Positions 28,601 through 37,073 of a DNA stretch of 64,000 nucleotides are shown one piece after another. Each line of letters opens with the position of its first letter. Within the stretch, counting starts at the first letter, position 1. The position numbers were made by a program, and so were the translations under genes. The stretch comes from a virus, in IMG/VR virus record IMGVR_UViG_3300030390_001024, positions 1 through 64,000 of that record; one strand, 5' to 3'. The notes under the pieces are model-generated. The model had not been told where the DNA came from and searched no databases. It worked only from the letters and a program-made list of their open reading frames with translations.

Positions 28601-29350
28601 TATAACTAATTCACCAAATTGTAAATCTGGTAATGATTTCTGCTCTTCCCATCTAAGTCTTCCACAAGTTGTTTGTACCATTATTTGTCCTTGTGCTCCA
28701 TCAGAATTTGGTCCTTGAAAGTGTACACTTCCATATAAATTTAGTCTTGACCACATTGTGAAACTCTGTTGTGGAGGAAAACATGGTGATCCTATAGTTG
28801 TGTTCTGTGTACCAAAGATTGCATCTTGCCTGTTTTCTAAAAAGGTTCCAGCAGTACCAAATTTTGGGCCATATGTTAAGTCTTCAGTACCACTTAGTAA
28901 ACCATCCTGTCCCGCAATCATTACTTGTCTGTCAGTTAAGCTAGTAACATAAGCTTTACCATAAGTAATAAACTCTGCTTGTTTATTAGGTTGTCCTATA
29001 AATATTAAAGGTGAGGCTGTATCTTGAGTTATTATAGAATCTTTTAATGAGTGCCATGAACATTGTCCTTGCTTAAGCCAAAACATAGGAATTACACCAA
29101 CCTCATCTCCACTGTTTTTTACTGTACTAACAAATCTACCAAGACCTTGGGGTCCTGTTTGACTACACAACCAGCTTCCAGCACTAATTGATAATGCTTG
29201 ACCTTGAGGAGCAAACCCTCCTGCTGAAGTTTTTGCTCTAGACAAAGCACCTTTTCTAACAAACTGAAAATAGTCATCAGTTGGATTTAATGTTTTCTTA
29301 ACAAAATTCCTTTTTAGTAGACCTAATACCTCTTGTACAAATATGCTCAT
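25649..29350 (-). CDS. Tail fibre/adhesin with cadherin (Big_9-like), Ig-like and MIDAS VWA-like domains
   Basis: VNEDD...PALNFYGSITFTFTYNDG...VLPVAEAP; SWLTF...GTLSGT; YSDTSGSM...MAWADES; internal duplication. Confidence 0.75.
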   Translation of the reverse strand: MSIFVQEVLGLLKRNFVKKTLNPTDDYFQFVRKGALSRAKTSAGGFAPQGQALSISAGSWLCSQTGPQGLGRFVSTVKNSGDEVGVIPMFWLKQGQCSWHSLKDSIITQDTASPLIFIGQPNKQAEFITYGKAYVTSLTDRQVMIAGQDGLLSGTEDLTYGPKFGTAGTFLENRQDAIFGTQNTTIGSPCFPPQQSFTMWSRLNLYGSVHFQGPNSDGAQGQIMVQTTCGRLRWEEQKSLPDLQFGELVIGYQNPQPAPGTIVPAVGSFTSGALGTGNNNDVLTSGGPSGFPSWAPNPGINGSGTNFRISMFTPDGVTIANSLMIQDGNAFTPATTVTNDGKWINTGTMKLLDVAQDATQEKVLVLDASTGLVKFRFANSMGVQGSGTLRRVPLWSPDGDNIQNSLLIQSDIIQPPANYPAADPNFTEQKLTNDGSLQQTKELYLDTVAQDDTLTEVLVRHPSAANEVKFRDVATIVPPVGFDTLPMSTTADWNQTFLNAYISLDDTTVPYRSIKGMTTLTDGQTGVVIVENVKQTTFLADNVLRFPIGWGTPGNLYDSKISWAAGVDNGYPTSTLKYGESLKFKYHNYEVAGGGFTYKYILYWESCCKLFSLNTCPTVSGGNYNVNEDDAGGVGDTVTFVDDGYGNYTGVFTASALSNPAAGTFTFDTGTGTWLFIPALNFYGSITFTFTYNDGYCESDPATITINVLPVAEAPIWTSDDPVTLNTYPALTGGDAWTYTWTTSDADHPCSDLKYTITVNENNTGPVTIFTTQNGPVAGVSWLTFTPDPNNNCTGTLSGTYPATGGNFEVVMTVEDPDPNFNSQTFTIGGILVSKDTYFCFYSDTSGSMNSTIITTAIMSSVPEVKAKLHQNASGVTMVMARGNQAGRVNDANGETDQAHLCIVDDMLVSGPGVPVGTTVLNDGAPSSGLRALTLSLPSGTTLTSQTGDIITFTRTQAQKTADYTNTTSFRNLLQDFYATGGTAANNNTNTATNGQDDYDNHLYWFHNGQERPLGYLGFQAQGGALVATIGAGTYPNPFFPSAKNIVVMAWADESGGVSAGGGTTYEASPSESGSGTWNDRVNTTNATLLDDISKTRSFITIIEAQAANAGLSSSDMYRGIAFRVTKVNADGSTANNDLEEIMGPGGFAQTGGRFSPSPPGTTPYSNSFAPQAFAYSENSPERSFKSFSNGAPKRITYVGNVSDGASFGSATQAQTYYYGLVKSELISIGFNV

Positions 29351-29378
29351 AATGTTTTTTTAACAAATATATTAAATT

Positions 29379-32300
29379 CTATGCATATATTGTGCAGTTG
29401 ATAGTTGGGTTCTTTCCGGTTGGTACACCATTAGCACAAGTTTTTAATTCTACAACAAAACCTGTTGTAGCTTTACTTCTTACTTCACAATACATACATC
29501 CATCTCCTGATCCTATCTCAGGTACAACCATAGCTAAATAATCAGTATTAGCTCTTGTAGTATTAAAAACTACATCATACACAAAACCACTATTAGATAC
29601 ACTATTGTTTCCTGCAGTTGCAGATTGTCCTTGATTTACAATACCACCCTGTCTAAAAGAAAAATAATCAGTTGGTTGTCTATTAACTGCTACTGCAGCT
29701 CCACTTGATGCAGCAGTAAGTCTTCCTTGTTGGTCTACTGTAAGAGTAGTATTAGTATAAGTACCTGGTGTTACAGCTGTATCAGCTAACTTAACTGTTA
29801 CTATATCTGTAGCAGATGCTTCAGTACCAATACCTGTTCCTCCTAATAAAGATAATGTGTTTCCGTCTGTAACTGAAAATCCTGAACCACTAGATGCAGC
29901 AACATTAAATGAAGTTGTTGATACATCTGTCCAAGGAACATTAACTACTAATTGTTCAGCAGCGTTAAGTTGTAATCCATATGTTCTACCAGCTGTACCA
30001 CTTATTGCATTTGCTGCAACAGATTGAGGATCACTTGAAAAAAGCTCAGCACCACCACGTACAGTAGATGTCATTAAAGGTAATGTGTAAGCTGTCCATG
30101 GTACGTTAACTACCATCTGACCTGCAGGATTTAATTGAATACCATATGTTCTAAGTGCAGTAGTACTTACTGAAACAGAAGCAACTGTTTGCACTGTATC
30201 TGAGAATAACTCAACTCCACCAAGTACGGTTGATGTTGCAACTGGTAGCGTATAAGCTCCAGCATACTGTGGTATATTAAGAACACCACCACTTAACGTA
30301 GCTGCACCTGAAGTTCCTGTTGTAGTTAAACTCACAAATGTTGGTGCTGATCCTGCTACAATGCTAGTAACATGTCCTTGTGCATCTGTAATTACTGAAC
30401 TTGGATAAGCAAATGTACCTGCTGTACCAAACGCATCATGATTTATTGTAATTGTATCTGGAGCTGAAGTAACTGAAGTTAATGCAGTTCCTCCTAATAC
30501 CTTAACAGCATTTCCACTTGCAACAGTTTGTGCAAGCCCTGAATCTCCTTGTATAGTAAAGCCTTCATAGTAACCAGGCATAGTATTAATTGCAACCTTA
30601 TAAACATTAGTATCAGTTATATCACTAAATGCTATAAAGTCTCCAGCTGCTGCTACTACTGTAGATCTTAAGTTAATGTAGTTATCAGGGCCTAAATAAT
30701 CCAAGTTAAAATTAATTCCGGTTGCTGCATTTCCTGTTGTTATACCTGCTCCTCCTGCAAAATCTACTATGTCACCACTATTTATAGTAACATTTGATCC
30801 TGCATCTGCTTGACTTATCCAAGTATAACCACCTGCAGAACCATTTGCTGCCAAGGTAATTCTACCTTGTGCGTCAACTGTTATATTAGCATTTGTATAT
30901 GAACCAGCTGTTACTGCTGTGTTATCTAAATCAAGTGTAAGATTTCTTGTACCTGATAAAGTTGATGTTAAACCAACCCCTCCTAAAACTTCTAATATTT
31001 CACCATTAGCTACTGTTTGATTTGTTCCTACATCAGAACCAACAGTCCATGATGTCATTCCAGCACCACCACTACTTGCTGTAGTTATTCTTCCATATAT
31101 ATCAACAGTTACATTTGCATTTGTATAAGATCCTGCTACTACACCACTTGCTGTACTATTTATATTAATTGTGTCTCCTCCTGAATTAACAGTAGTTAAG
31201 GTACCTGTTGTATTTCTAAATTTGATTATTTCATCACCTAAAACCTCTATATTAGTACCTGTTACTGAATCTGCAAACCATCTATAGTTAGTTGGAAAGC
31301 TTGATAGTAATGATTTTTTAATAGTGCTGTCTGTTGCATCACTAAACCAAAAGAAATCATCTTTATCTGGTGCAGCTGTTTGTGCATATAATATTGCATT
31401 AGTTGCACTAGCATATGTTATATTTACTGTAGGAGTTACCGCTGGTGCTCCCGTTACAGTTATCCCATTTCCACCTGATACTGAAGTTACTGTACCAGCA
31501 GATGCATAGTTAGGAACATTTAATACTCCTGAAACTAATGTTGCAGCTCCGGTTGTTCCTGTAGTTGTTAAACTTGTAAAAGGAATTGTTGGGAATGTAG
31601 CTAAATTACCTTGACCTGTTATATATTGAGCTGCAGTTCCTGCCCAAGTAAATCCTAAAGCTGGGGTAGTTGTTGGGTTTACAACAGCTACATCAAAAGC
31701 ATCTCCTGCAATTGTTGCACTTACTGTAGTCACACTACCAGATCCTGCTGGTACCGCCCATGTATTATCTCCTCTTAAGAATGTAGTATTACCTGGAGAA
31801 CCTGTAGCTGATAGATCTCCTGTAATTGTACCTGTAGCTGTTATTGTTCCACCAGTTACATTTACAAATGTCCCATTAGATGTTGCTACAGAAGTAACTC
31901 CATCAACTGGTAATGCTGCTAATGATAAATTTCCTAAGATTACTTGTGAAGCTGTACCTGCTCCTGCTATATTAAAAGTTCCTGACCCAGTTATTGGAGA
32001 ACCTGTTATTGTTAATGCAGTTCCTGTTTCTGTTAATGCAACAGAAGTTACTGTTCCTACATTAAGAGTTGGGAAAGTAACTAAATCACCCTCTCCATTT
32101 ATATATTGGGAAGTTGTACCTGCCATTGTAAAAGATACATTTCCTGCAGTTGTTACAGCATTGCCATCAATAAACGCATTACCATCAGTTTGTAAACCAA
32201 CGCTTGTTACTGTTCCTCCACCACTAGTAGCAGCAATTGTAACTTGACCTGATCCATTATCTGTTAAACTAATAAATGCACCAGCAACTAACTTTACTGT

Positions 32301-32585
32301 ATCTACACTAGCATCTGATCCTGTAAGTTTTAAATCTACATTAGCTCCAACCTGTATGCTACTTAAATCATAAGTAGTATTTACACTTACTACAATAGCA
32401 TCCGCAAATTGTTTAGCTGAAATTAAATTTTGATCCACTTTTGGTAAGTAGGCCATTGTGTTTAGTGAACTATCCCCTTTATTAGATAGTACAAAGTAAT
32501 CGTCCTCACTTAGTACGTAAGGTAAAGGTTTTACAAATTTTTTCTTAGCAAATAATCCTAAGACATCTTGAAGTAGTGAGCCCAT
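29379..32585 (-). CDS. Long G/T/S/A-rich tail fibre with repeated shaft modules
   Basis: GSYTNANITVDxxGRIT repeats; GTVTSV repeats; tandem YTLP...VVNVPWT; gp53-like C-terminus. Confidence 0.85.
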   Translation of the reverse strand: MGSLLQDVLGLFAKKKFVKPLPYVLSEDDYFVLSNKGDSSLNTMAYLPKVDQNLISAKQFADAIVVSVNTTYDLSSIQVGANVDLKLTGSDASVDTVKLVAGAFISLTDNGSGQVTIAATSGGGTVTSVGLQTDGNAFIDGNAVTTAGNVSFTMAGTTSQYINGEGDLVTFPTLNVGTVTSVALTETGTALTITGSPITGSGTFNIAGAGTASQVILGNLSLAALPVDGVTSVATSNGTFVNVTGGTITATGTITGDLSATGSPGNTTFLRGDNTWAVPAGSGSVTTVSATIAGDAFDVAVVNPTTTPALGFTWAGTAAQYITGQGNLATFPTIPFTSLTTTGTTGAATLVSGVLNVPNYASAGTVTSVSGGNGITVTGAPAVTPTVNITYASATNAILYAQTAAPDKDDFFWFSDATDSTIKKSLLSSFPTNYRWFADSVTGTNIEVLGDEIIKFRNTTGTLTTVNSGGDTININSTASGVVAGSYTNANVTVDIYGRITTASSGGAGMTSWTVGSDVGTNQTVANGEILEVLGGVGLTSTLSGTRNLTLDLDNTAVTAGSYTNANITVDAQGRITLAANGSAGGYTWISQADAGSNVTINSGDIVDFAGGAGITTGNAATGINFNLDYLGPDNYINLRSTVVAAAGDFIAFSDITDTNVYKVAINTMPGYYEGFTIQGDSGLAQTVASGNAVKVLGGTALTSVTSAPDTITINHDAFGTAGTFAYPSSVITDAQGHVTSIVAGSAPTFVSLTTTGTSGAATLSGGVLNIPQYAGAYTLPVATSTVLGGVELFSDTVQTVASVSVSTTALRTYGIQLNPAGQMVVNVPWTAYTLPLMTSTVRGGAELFSSDPQSVAANAISGTAGRTYGLQLNAAEQLVVNVPWTDVSTTSFNVAASSGSGFSVTDGNTLSLLGGTGIGTEASATDIVTVKLADTAVTPGTYTNTTLTVDQQGRLTAASSGAAVAVNRQPTDYFSFRQGGIVNQGQSATAGNNSVSNSGFVYDVVFNTTRANTDYLAMVVPEIGSGDGCMYCEVRSKATTGFVVELKTCANGVPTGKNPTINCTIYA

Positions 32586-32595
32586 TTTTTATTTT

Positions 32596-32940
32596 TTATA
32601 AGAACAGAGCAGATAGCTTTACGCTTGTCTGTGCTGAACATGTTATTGTTATATTACCACTAGCATCATTAAAAGCATCAACTTCAAAAGGTCCTAAAAA
32701 ACCTTCCTCACCAGCCGCTAAGCTAAGTACTGCATTTTCTTTTTTAAGTGTACCCAATAAAGGATCTACTACTGTTGTAACAACTGGAACTACTGTAGCC
32801 GTGATAGCTACACCTCCACCATTAACAACATGAAAAAATTGGATTGCTGTATTTGCAAGTGTATCACCACTTGCAGCTGGAGTAACCGTTGTAGGTTCCA
32901 AACCAGCTTGAGTTATTTGTTGTGCTGTTAATACTGCCAT
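32596..32940 (-). CDS. Small beta-rich virion protein
   Basis: Beta-sandwich-like 114 aa ORF in the structural block. Confidence 0.65.
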   Translation of the reverse strand: MAVLTAQQITQAGLEPTTVTPAASGDTLANTAIQFFHVVNGGGVAITATVVPVVTTVVDPLLGTLKKENAVLSLAAGEEGFLGPFEVDAFNDASGNITITCSAQTSVKLSALFL

Positions 32941-32950
32941 AATATTTTAT

Positions 32951-33196
32951 TTATTTTCCGTTTCTATATCCACTTCTAAAAGCAGCTGACTGAACTGGTT
33001 CTGCAGCTCTAGTAGACTTTTGTGGTGGATTTAAATTTGTTTTCTTTGCTAGCTTAATTCTAGCTGCAACCTTTTTCTTGTTCTCAGCATTCTGCAATGC
33101 TTGTTGAACAGAGGTAGGATTATAATATCCATTAGTTGTTTCTCTTTTAAAAGCCTCTCCCTGCATAGGAAAAGATGCTTTATTTGCTTTACCCAT
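32951..33196 (-). CDS. Small basic protein (81 aa)
   Basis: In-operon ORF. Confidence 0.7.
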   Translation of the reverse strand: MGKANKASFPMQGEAFKRETTNGYYNPTSVQQALQNAENKKKVAARIKLAKKTNLNPPQKSTRAAEPVQSAAFRSGYRNGK

Positions 33197-33201
33197 AATT
33201 T

Positions 33202-33288
33202 TTATTTTTTAAGTGCATGGGAACCATCACAGCTTCCATCAGAATTCTGCGTGTTACCACATACACATTGTTGTCTATTATTATTCAT
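33202..33288 (-). CDS. 28 aa CDGSH iron-sulfur micro-protein (not in ORF track)
   Basis: MNNNRQQCVCGNTQNSDGSCDGSHALKK; fits between neighbours with 5 nt gaps. Confidence 0.8.
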   Translation of the reverse strand: MNNNRQQCVCGNTQNSDGSCDGSHALKK

Positions 33289-33293
33289 ATCTT

Positions 33294-33635
33294 TTATTTT
33301 TTATAAGCTCTACGTGCAGTTTTTCTCATCATTCCTTTCTTAGTACCACCACCTTTTTTCATCTTATTCATCATAGGATCTAATACTGAACCACTACCAT
33401 TACTAAACATTTCTAAACCACCTGCTGCAGCCATTGTTTCCATAGCCATTGCTTGTGGAGTAAGATCTCTCATTCCATCATCTGATGATGTAAAACCTCC
33501 AGCTCCAGTCGCCATTAAGGTATCTCCTCCCATATTATATCTTTTCATTTTATTTTCTTTTTTCTTTTTTTTCTTTGCTGAGGAGCTTCCTCCTATTTTG
33601 TAATTCATTCCAGCTCTTGACATATTGTTTGGCAT
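33294..33635 (-). CDS. Met/Lys/Gly-rich disordered protein with repeated xxxGG motifs
   Basis: YKIGG, YNMGG, AAAGG, MKKGG. Confidence 0.7.
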   Translation of the reverse strand: MPNNMSRAGMNYKIGGSSSAKKKKKKENKMKRYNMGGDTLMATGAGGFTSSDDGMRDLTPQAMAMETMAAAGGLEMFSNGSGSVLDPMMNKMKKGGGTKKGMMRKTARRAYKK

Positions 33636-33647
33636 AATTTCTAATTT

Positions 33648-34049
33648 TTATTTGTTATTGTTTTTTACTTTTTCTAATGAACGTCCTCCAAAGTATGCAC
33701 CTATTACTGTAATTAAAACTAATTGTAATAGATCAACCCAGGAAGCTTTGACATCAAATGCTATAAAGCCTGCATCAACAAATACTAACAATACTGTTGA
33801 TACTACTAAAAATATTAATGTCATTGGTCTTACGTTTTTACTTAACCAACTATCTGAATTCATATCTGAACTCCATCTTGTTGTTATTTCTTTCTCCATG
33901 TTTGCTTCATGCTTGGAGATTAATTCTTTTATCTTTAACTCAGCAGCTAGCTTTTCTTCATCAGAAGTATGTAGCCCATCTATAACACTACCAATACCAA
34001 CAACTAATTCTTTAGCTCCACTTGAAAATATTTTACTTAGTATACTCAT
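33648..34049 (-). CDS. Holin (GTA 3TM-like)
   Basis: RWSSDMNSDSWLSKNVRP, two TM helices, AYFGGRSLEK. Confidence 0.85.
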   Translation of the reverse strand: MSILSKIFSSGAKELVVGIGSVIDGLHTSDEEKLAAELKIKELISKHEANMEKEITTRWSSDMNSDSWLSKNVRPMTLIFLVVSTVLLVFVDAGFIAFDVKASWVDLLQLVLITVIGAYFGGRSLEKVKNNNK

Positions 34050-34053
34050 AACT

Positions 34054-35415
34054 TTATGTTTGTTGAACTGCTACACTCCAAATTACATTTAACTCATCTG
34101 ATTTTACTACCCCATCAAAATTGAAACCAAACATAGCATATCCAACACCTGAAATTGCTGATGACAGTGTAACAACCACTGCACCACATTCAAGCTGTCT
34201 TTGATTACCAGATGGCCCTACAGGACCATTGGGAGCTGCACTTAATGCTACATCTCTTAAATTTACTGGCCAGTTGCTTGTACCAGTGTCACTACAAGTA
34301 TACCATCCTAATACAGCTTTATAAGTTTGTCCACCAGAAGCCCTTTTATTAGTAATCCTATAAGAAAGCGTTATTGTATCACCAATTTTTAAGTCTTTTT
34401 CTATAGGTATACCAGCACTAAATACTGCATCTGTAGGTACTTGCCAGGATGCTGCTGCATTCATAGATTGTGTTACATTTGTCCAATCAAGTAAATATGG
34501 TGAGTATTGAGTTGTAGTACCTGCTAAATTAGCTACAACTTCTTGACCCATCATTTTAAAATTATCACCGGTCATAGCTAAAGTATAAGCATCATTAGTT
34601 AGATCACCCATCATCATAAAAGCTCTACCAGAACCTACAATACTATCTATAGTACCACCACCTCCACCTGATCCACTACTTGCTGCAGTTAATCTACCCT
34701 GTTGATCTACAGTAATATTTGCATTAGTGTAAGATCCCGGTGTAACAACAGTGTCATCTAAGTCAATTTCTAACGTACCATTTAGACCTGATGCAGCCAT
34801 ACTAGTTGTAATTCCTGTATCTCCACTAATCAATAAATTAAATCCTGACCCTACACTTATACTAGGATTTAATCCAGCATCTGATTTTACTACCCAATTA
34901 TATGTGTTGGTAATTGTTAGCTCATTAGCAGTTTGCCCAATAGTAATATTAGTACCCTCAACTAATGTTCTAAAGTTAAGTGTCTCACCAACTTTATCTT
35001 TCCACACTTCTTTACCTGTTCCTACATTAGCTGCAAGATTAGGCTCTCCTAATGTTGTTATTTCTATATAATCATCATCAGATGAAACAGCAAGAGTAAG
35101 ATTACTACTCATTGATTTAAGAGATCTATAAAATATAGTACATACTTGTGTAGTTGGATCAACTACAGTTTTTTGATACACCCCTACTGTACCAGCAGCT
35201 GGTTTAGCTGGAGAGTTTGCATGGTCACAATGTTCTGCAGCAACATTTAAATCTCTTACCTTTATTACTTTTATACTTTTATAAGGAATAGGTGAGGCAA
35301 CACCAGTCATGTCTGGTTCTTCGTTTACACCTAGAACCAATACATCATCAAGGCCTGCTTTCTTTGCATATACAGATCTTCTTATTAAACTTAATACATC
35401 AGTTAAAATGTTCAT
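34054..35415 (-). CDS. Short tail fibre-like protein
   Basis: LNFRTLVEGTNITI, GSYTNANITVDQQGRLTAASSG; N-terminal module shared with the other fibres. Confidence 0.75.
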   Translation of the reverse strand: MNILTDVLSLIRRSVYAKKAGLDDVLVLGVNEEPDMTGVASPIPYKSIKVIKVRDLNVAAEHCDHANSPAKPAAGTVGVYQKTVVDPTTQVCTIFYRSLKSMSSNLTLAVSSDDDYIEITTLGEPNLAANVGTGKEVWKDKVGETLNFRTLVEGTNITIGQTANELTITNTYNWVVKSDAGLNPSISVGSGFNLLISGDTGITTSMAASGLNGTLEIDLDDTVVTPGSYTNANITVDQQGRLTAASSGSGGGGGTIDSIVGSGRAFMMMGDLTNDAYTLAMTGDNFKMMGQEVVANLAGTTTQYSPYLLDWTNVTQSMNAAASWQVPTDAVFSAGIPIEKDLKIGDTITLSYRITNKRASGGQTYKAVLGWYTCSDTGTSNWPVNLRDVALSAAPNGPVGPSGNQRQLECGAVVVTLSSAISGVGYAMFGFNFDGVVKSDELNVIWSVAVQQT

Positions 35416-35546
35416 CGTCCTTGTCCTCTATATTTTTTATTATAATTCTTACTGCTAGTTAAGTTTGAGCTTTTAGATTTGGAGTGTACTCCTGGTCTTT
35501 TAGCTCTCCTAGGTTTTACATAAGTACTATGTAATATTCTAGCCAT
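35412..35546 (-). CDS. 44 aa basic micro-protein ending KKYRGQGR (not in ORF track)
   Basis: MARILHSTYVKPRRAKRPGVHSKSKSSNLTSSKNYNKKYRGQGR; overlaps both neighbours. Confidence 0.8.
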   Translation of the reverse strand: MARILHSTYVKPRRAKRPGVHSKSKSSNLTSSKNYNKKYRGQGR

Positions 35547-35800
35547 TACTTAACTTCTTTCTTTTTTCTACCTTTTCTAGCTTTACCTTTTACTGCTCCG
35601 CCTACATCACCTATTTGATTAGCTACTTCTTTTAATGCTTTAGTTACATCTTTAATTTCTTCAACTGTTAAACCATATCTATACTGCAAATCAGAAGCTA
35701 ATGCTTTTGCTTTTTCATCTACAGAAGTCTTTGACCATAGCTTTAGCCAATAGTCTTGTGGACTAAATGTCCATAATATACTCACAAATTTTTTAAACAT
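35546..35800 (-). CDS. Hypothetical coiled-coil protein with basic tail
   Basis: First gene of the - strand operon. Confidence 0.75.
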   Translation of the reverse strand: MFKKFVSILWTFSPQDYWLKLWSKTSVDEKAKALASDLQYRYGLTVEEIKDVTKALKEVANQIGDVGGAVKGKARKGRKKKEVK

Positions 35801-35825
35801 AATAATTTATTTTAATACACTATAT

Positions 35826-35916
35826 TAATAATATACAAAATTTGAAGCACCCAGTCAAATATTATATTATATTTGTTCTATCTGGATGATTAGTGTATAA
35901 TAATAATATACAAAAT
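35826..35916 (-). promoter_or_regulatory. Duplicated 16-mer ATTTTGTATATTATTA, candidate late promoter
   Basis: Exact copies at 35826-35841 and 35901-35916; core TATATTATTA also at 40872-40881. Confidence 0.5.
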
Positions 35917-36021
35917 ATATTGCAATTATAAAATCATTAAGTAAGTAAATACAAAATATGAAAATATCATCCGTAAGGTTTTTTTGTCTTACCAATTTTT
36001 ATTAAATTATAATTACTCAAT

Positions 36022-36054
36022 GGCTACATTTCTTACTCAGAAGGTGTGGCTTTT
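36022..36054 (+). terminator. Terminator-like hairpin in the nrdB leader
   Basis: GGCTACATTTCT-TACTC-AGAAGGTGTGGC followed by TTTT. Confidence 0.5.
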
Positions 36055-36085
36055 GTGTCCTTAACAACTAAATACATATAAAAAC

Positions 36086-37063
36086 ATGAAAGACATTTTT
36101 AAGCCTAGACTAAATATACTACCTTATCAATACCCACAACTATTAGCATACAAAGATGCAATCAGACATTCTTATTGGATAGATACAGAATTTAATTTTA
36201 CAGAAGACATACAAGACTTTAAAATTACTATTACACCTGAACAAAAAGATGTAATCAAAAAAACAATGTTGGCCATTGCTCAGATAGAAGTAAATGTAAA
36301 AACATTCTGGGGTGATTTATATAAACGTATGCCCATTACAGAAATTGGTGATGTGGGTTTTACATTTGCAGAATCTGAAGTAAGACATAAAGATGCTTAT
36401 GCTAGACTGCTGAGAATCTTAGGGTTAGAAAAAGAATTTGAAACAGTTGTTGAGGTACCAGCTATTAAAGGAAGGATTAAATACTTAAAAAAATACTTAG
36501 ATGGAACAAGAAGTAGTGATGATAAAATGTATACTAAGTCTGTTCTTTTGTTCTCTCTATTTATAGAACACGTTAGTTTATTTAGTCAGTTTCTTATAAT
36601 GATGTCATTTAATAAAGAACTTAATTTATTTAAAGGCATTTCAAATGTTGTTGAAGCCACCAGTAAAGAAGAAGAAATACATGGAAACTTTGGTGCTGAA
36701 CTAATAAATATAATAAAAAAAGAAAATCCACACTGGTTTAACTCTCAGTTCAAACAATTGATTTATTCTGCATGTCAAAAGGCCTATGAAGCAGAATGTA
36801 AAATATTAGATTGGATATTTGAGAAAGGTGAACTATCTTTTCTTTCTAAAGAAGTAATTGAAAACTTTATAATGAATAGGTTTAACAACTCATTACAAAA
36901 AATAGGGATGAAAAGTATATTTGAGGTTGATAAAACAATGTTAAAACAAGTAGAGTGGTTTGATATAGAAATAACAGCCACTAAAGAAGGAGACTTCTTT
37001 TATAAAAAAAGTGTAGACTATAATAAAAAAAGTAAAAGTATAACTGAAGATGATCTCTTCTAA
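36086..37063 (+). CDS. nrdB: Ribonucleotide reductase class Ia, beta subunit
   Basis: ESEVRH...Y, IEHVSLFSQF, EEEIH, DFF motifs. Confidence 0.95.
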   Translation: MKDIFKPRLNILPYQYPQLLAYKDAIRHSYWIDTEFNFTEDIQDFKITITPEQKDVIKKTMLAIAQIEVNVKTFWGDLYKRMPITEIGDVGFTFAESEVRHKDAYARLLRILGLEKEFETVVEVPAIKGRIKYLKKYLDGTRSSDDKMYTKSVLLFSLFIEHVSLFSQFLIMMSFNKELNLFKGISNVVEATSKEEEIHGNFGAELINIIKKENPHWFNSQFKQLIYSACQKAYEAECKILDWIFEKGELSFLSKEVIENFIMNRFNNSLQKIGMKSIFEVDKTMLKQVEWFDIEITATKEGDFFYKKSVDYNKKSKSITEDDLF

Positions 37064-37073
37064 AAAACCAAAC

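Noticed and set aside
25649-35415. Diversity-generating retroelement acting on the fibres
   Set aside because: No reverse transcriptase; the repeats are coding modules, not an adenine-specific TR/VR pair
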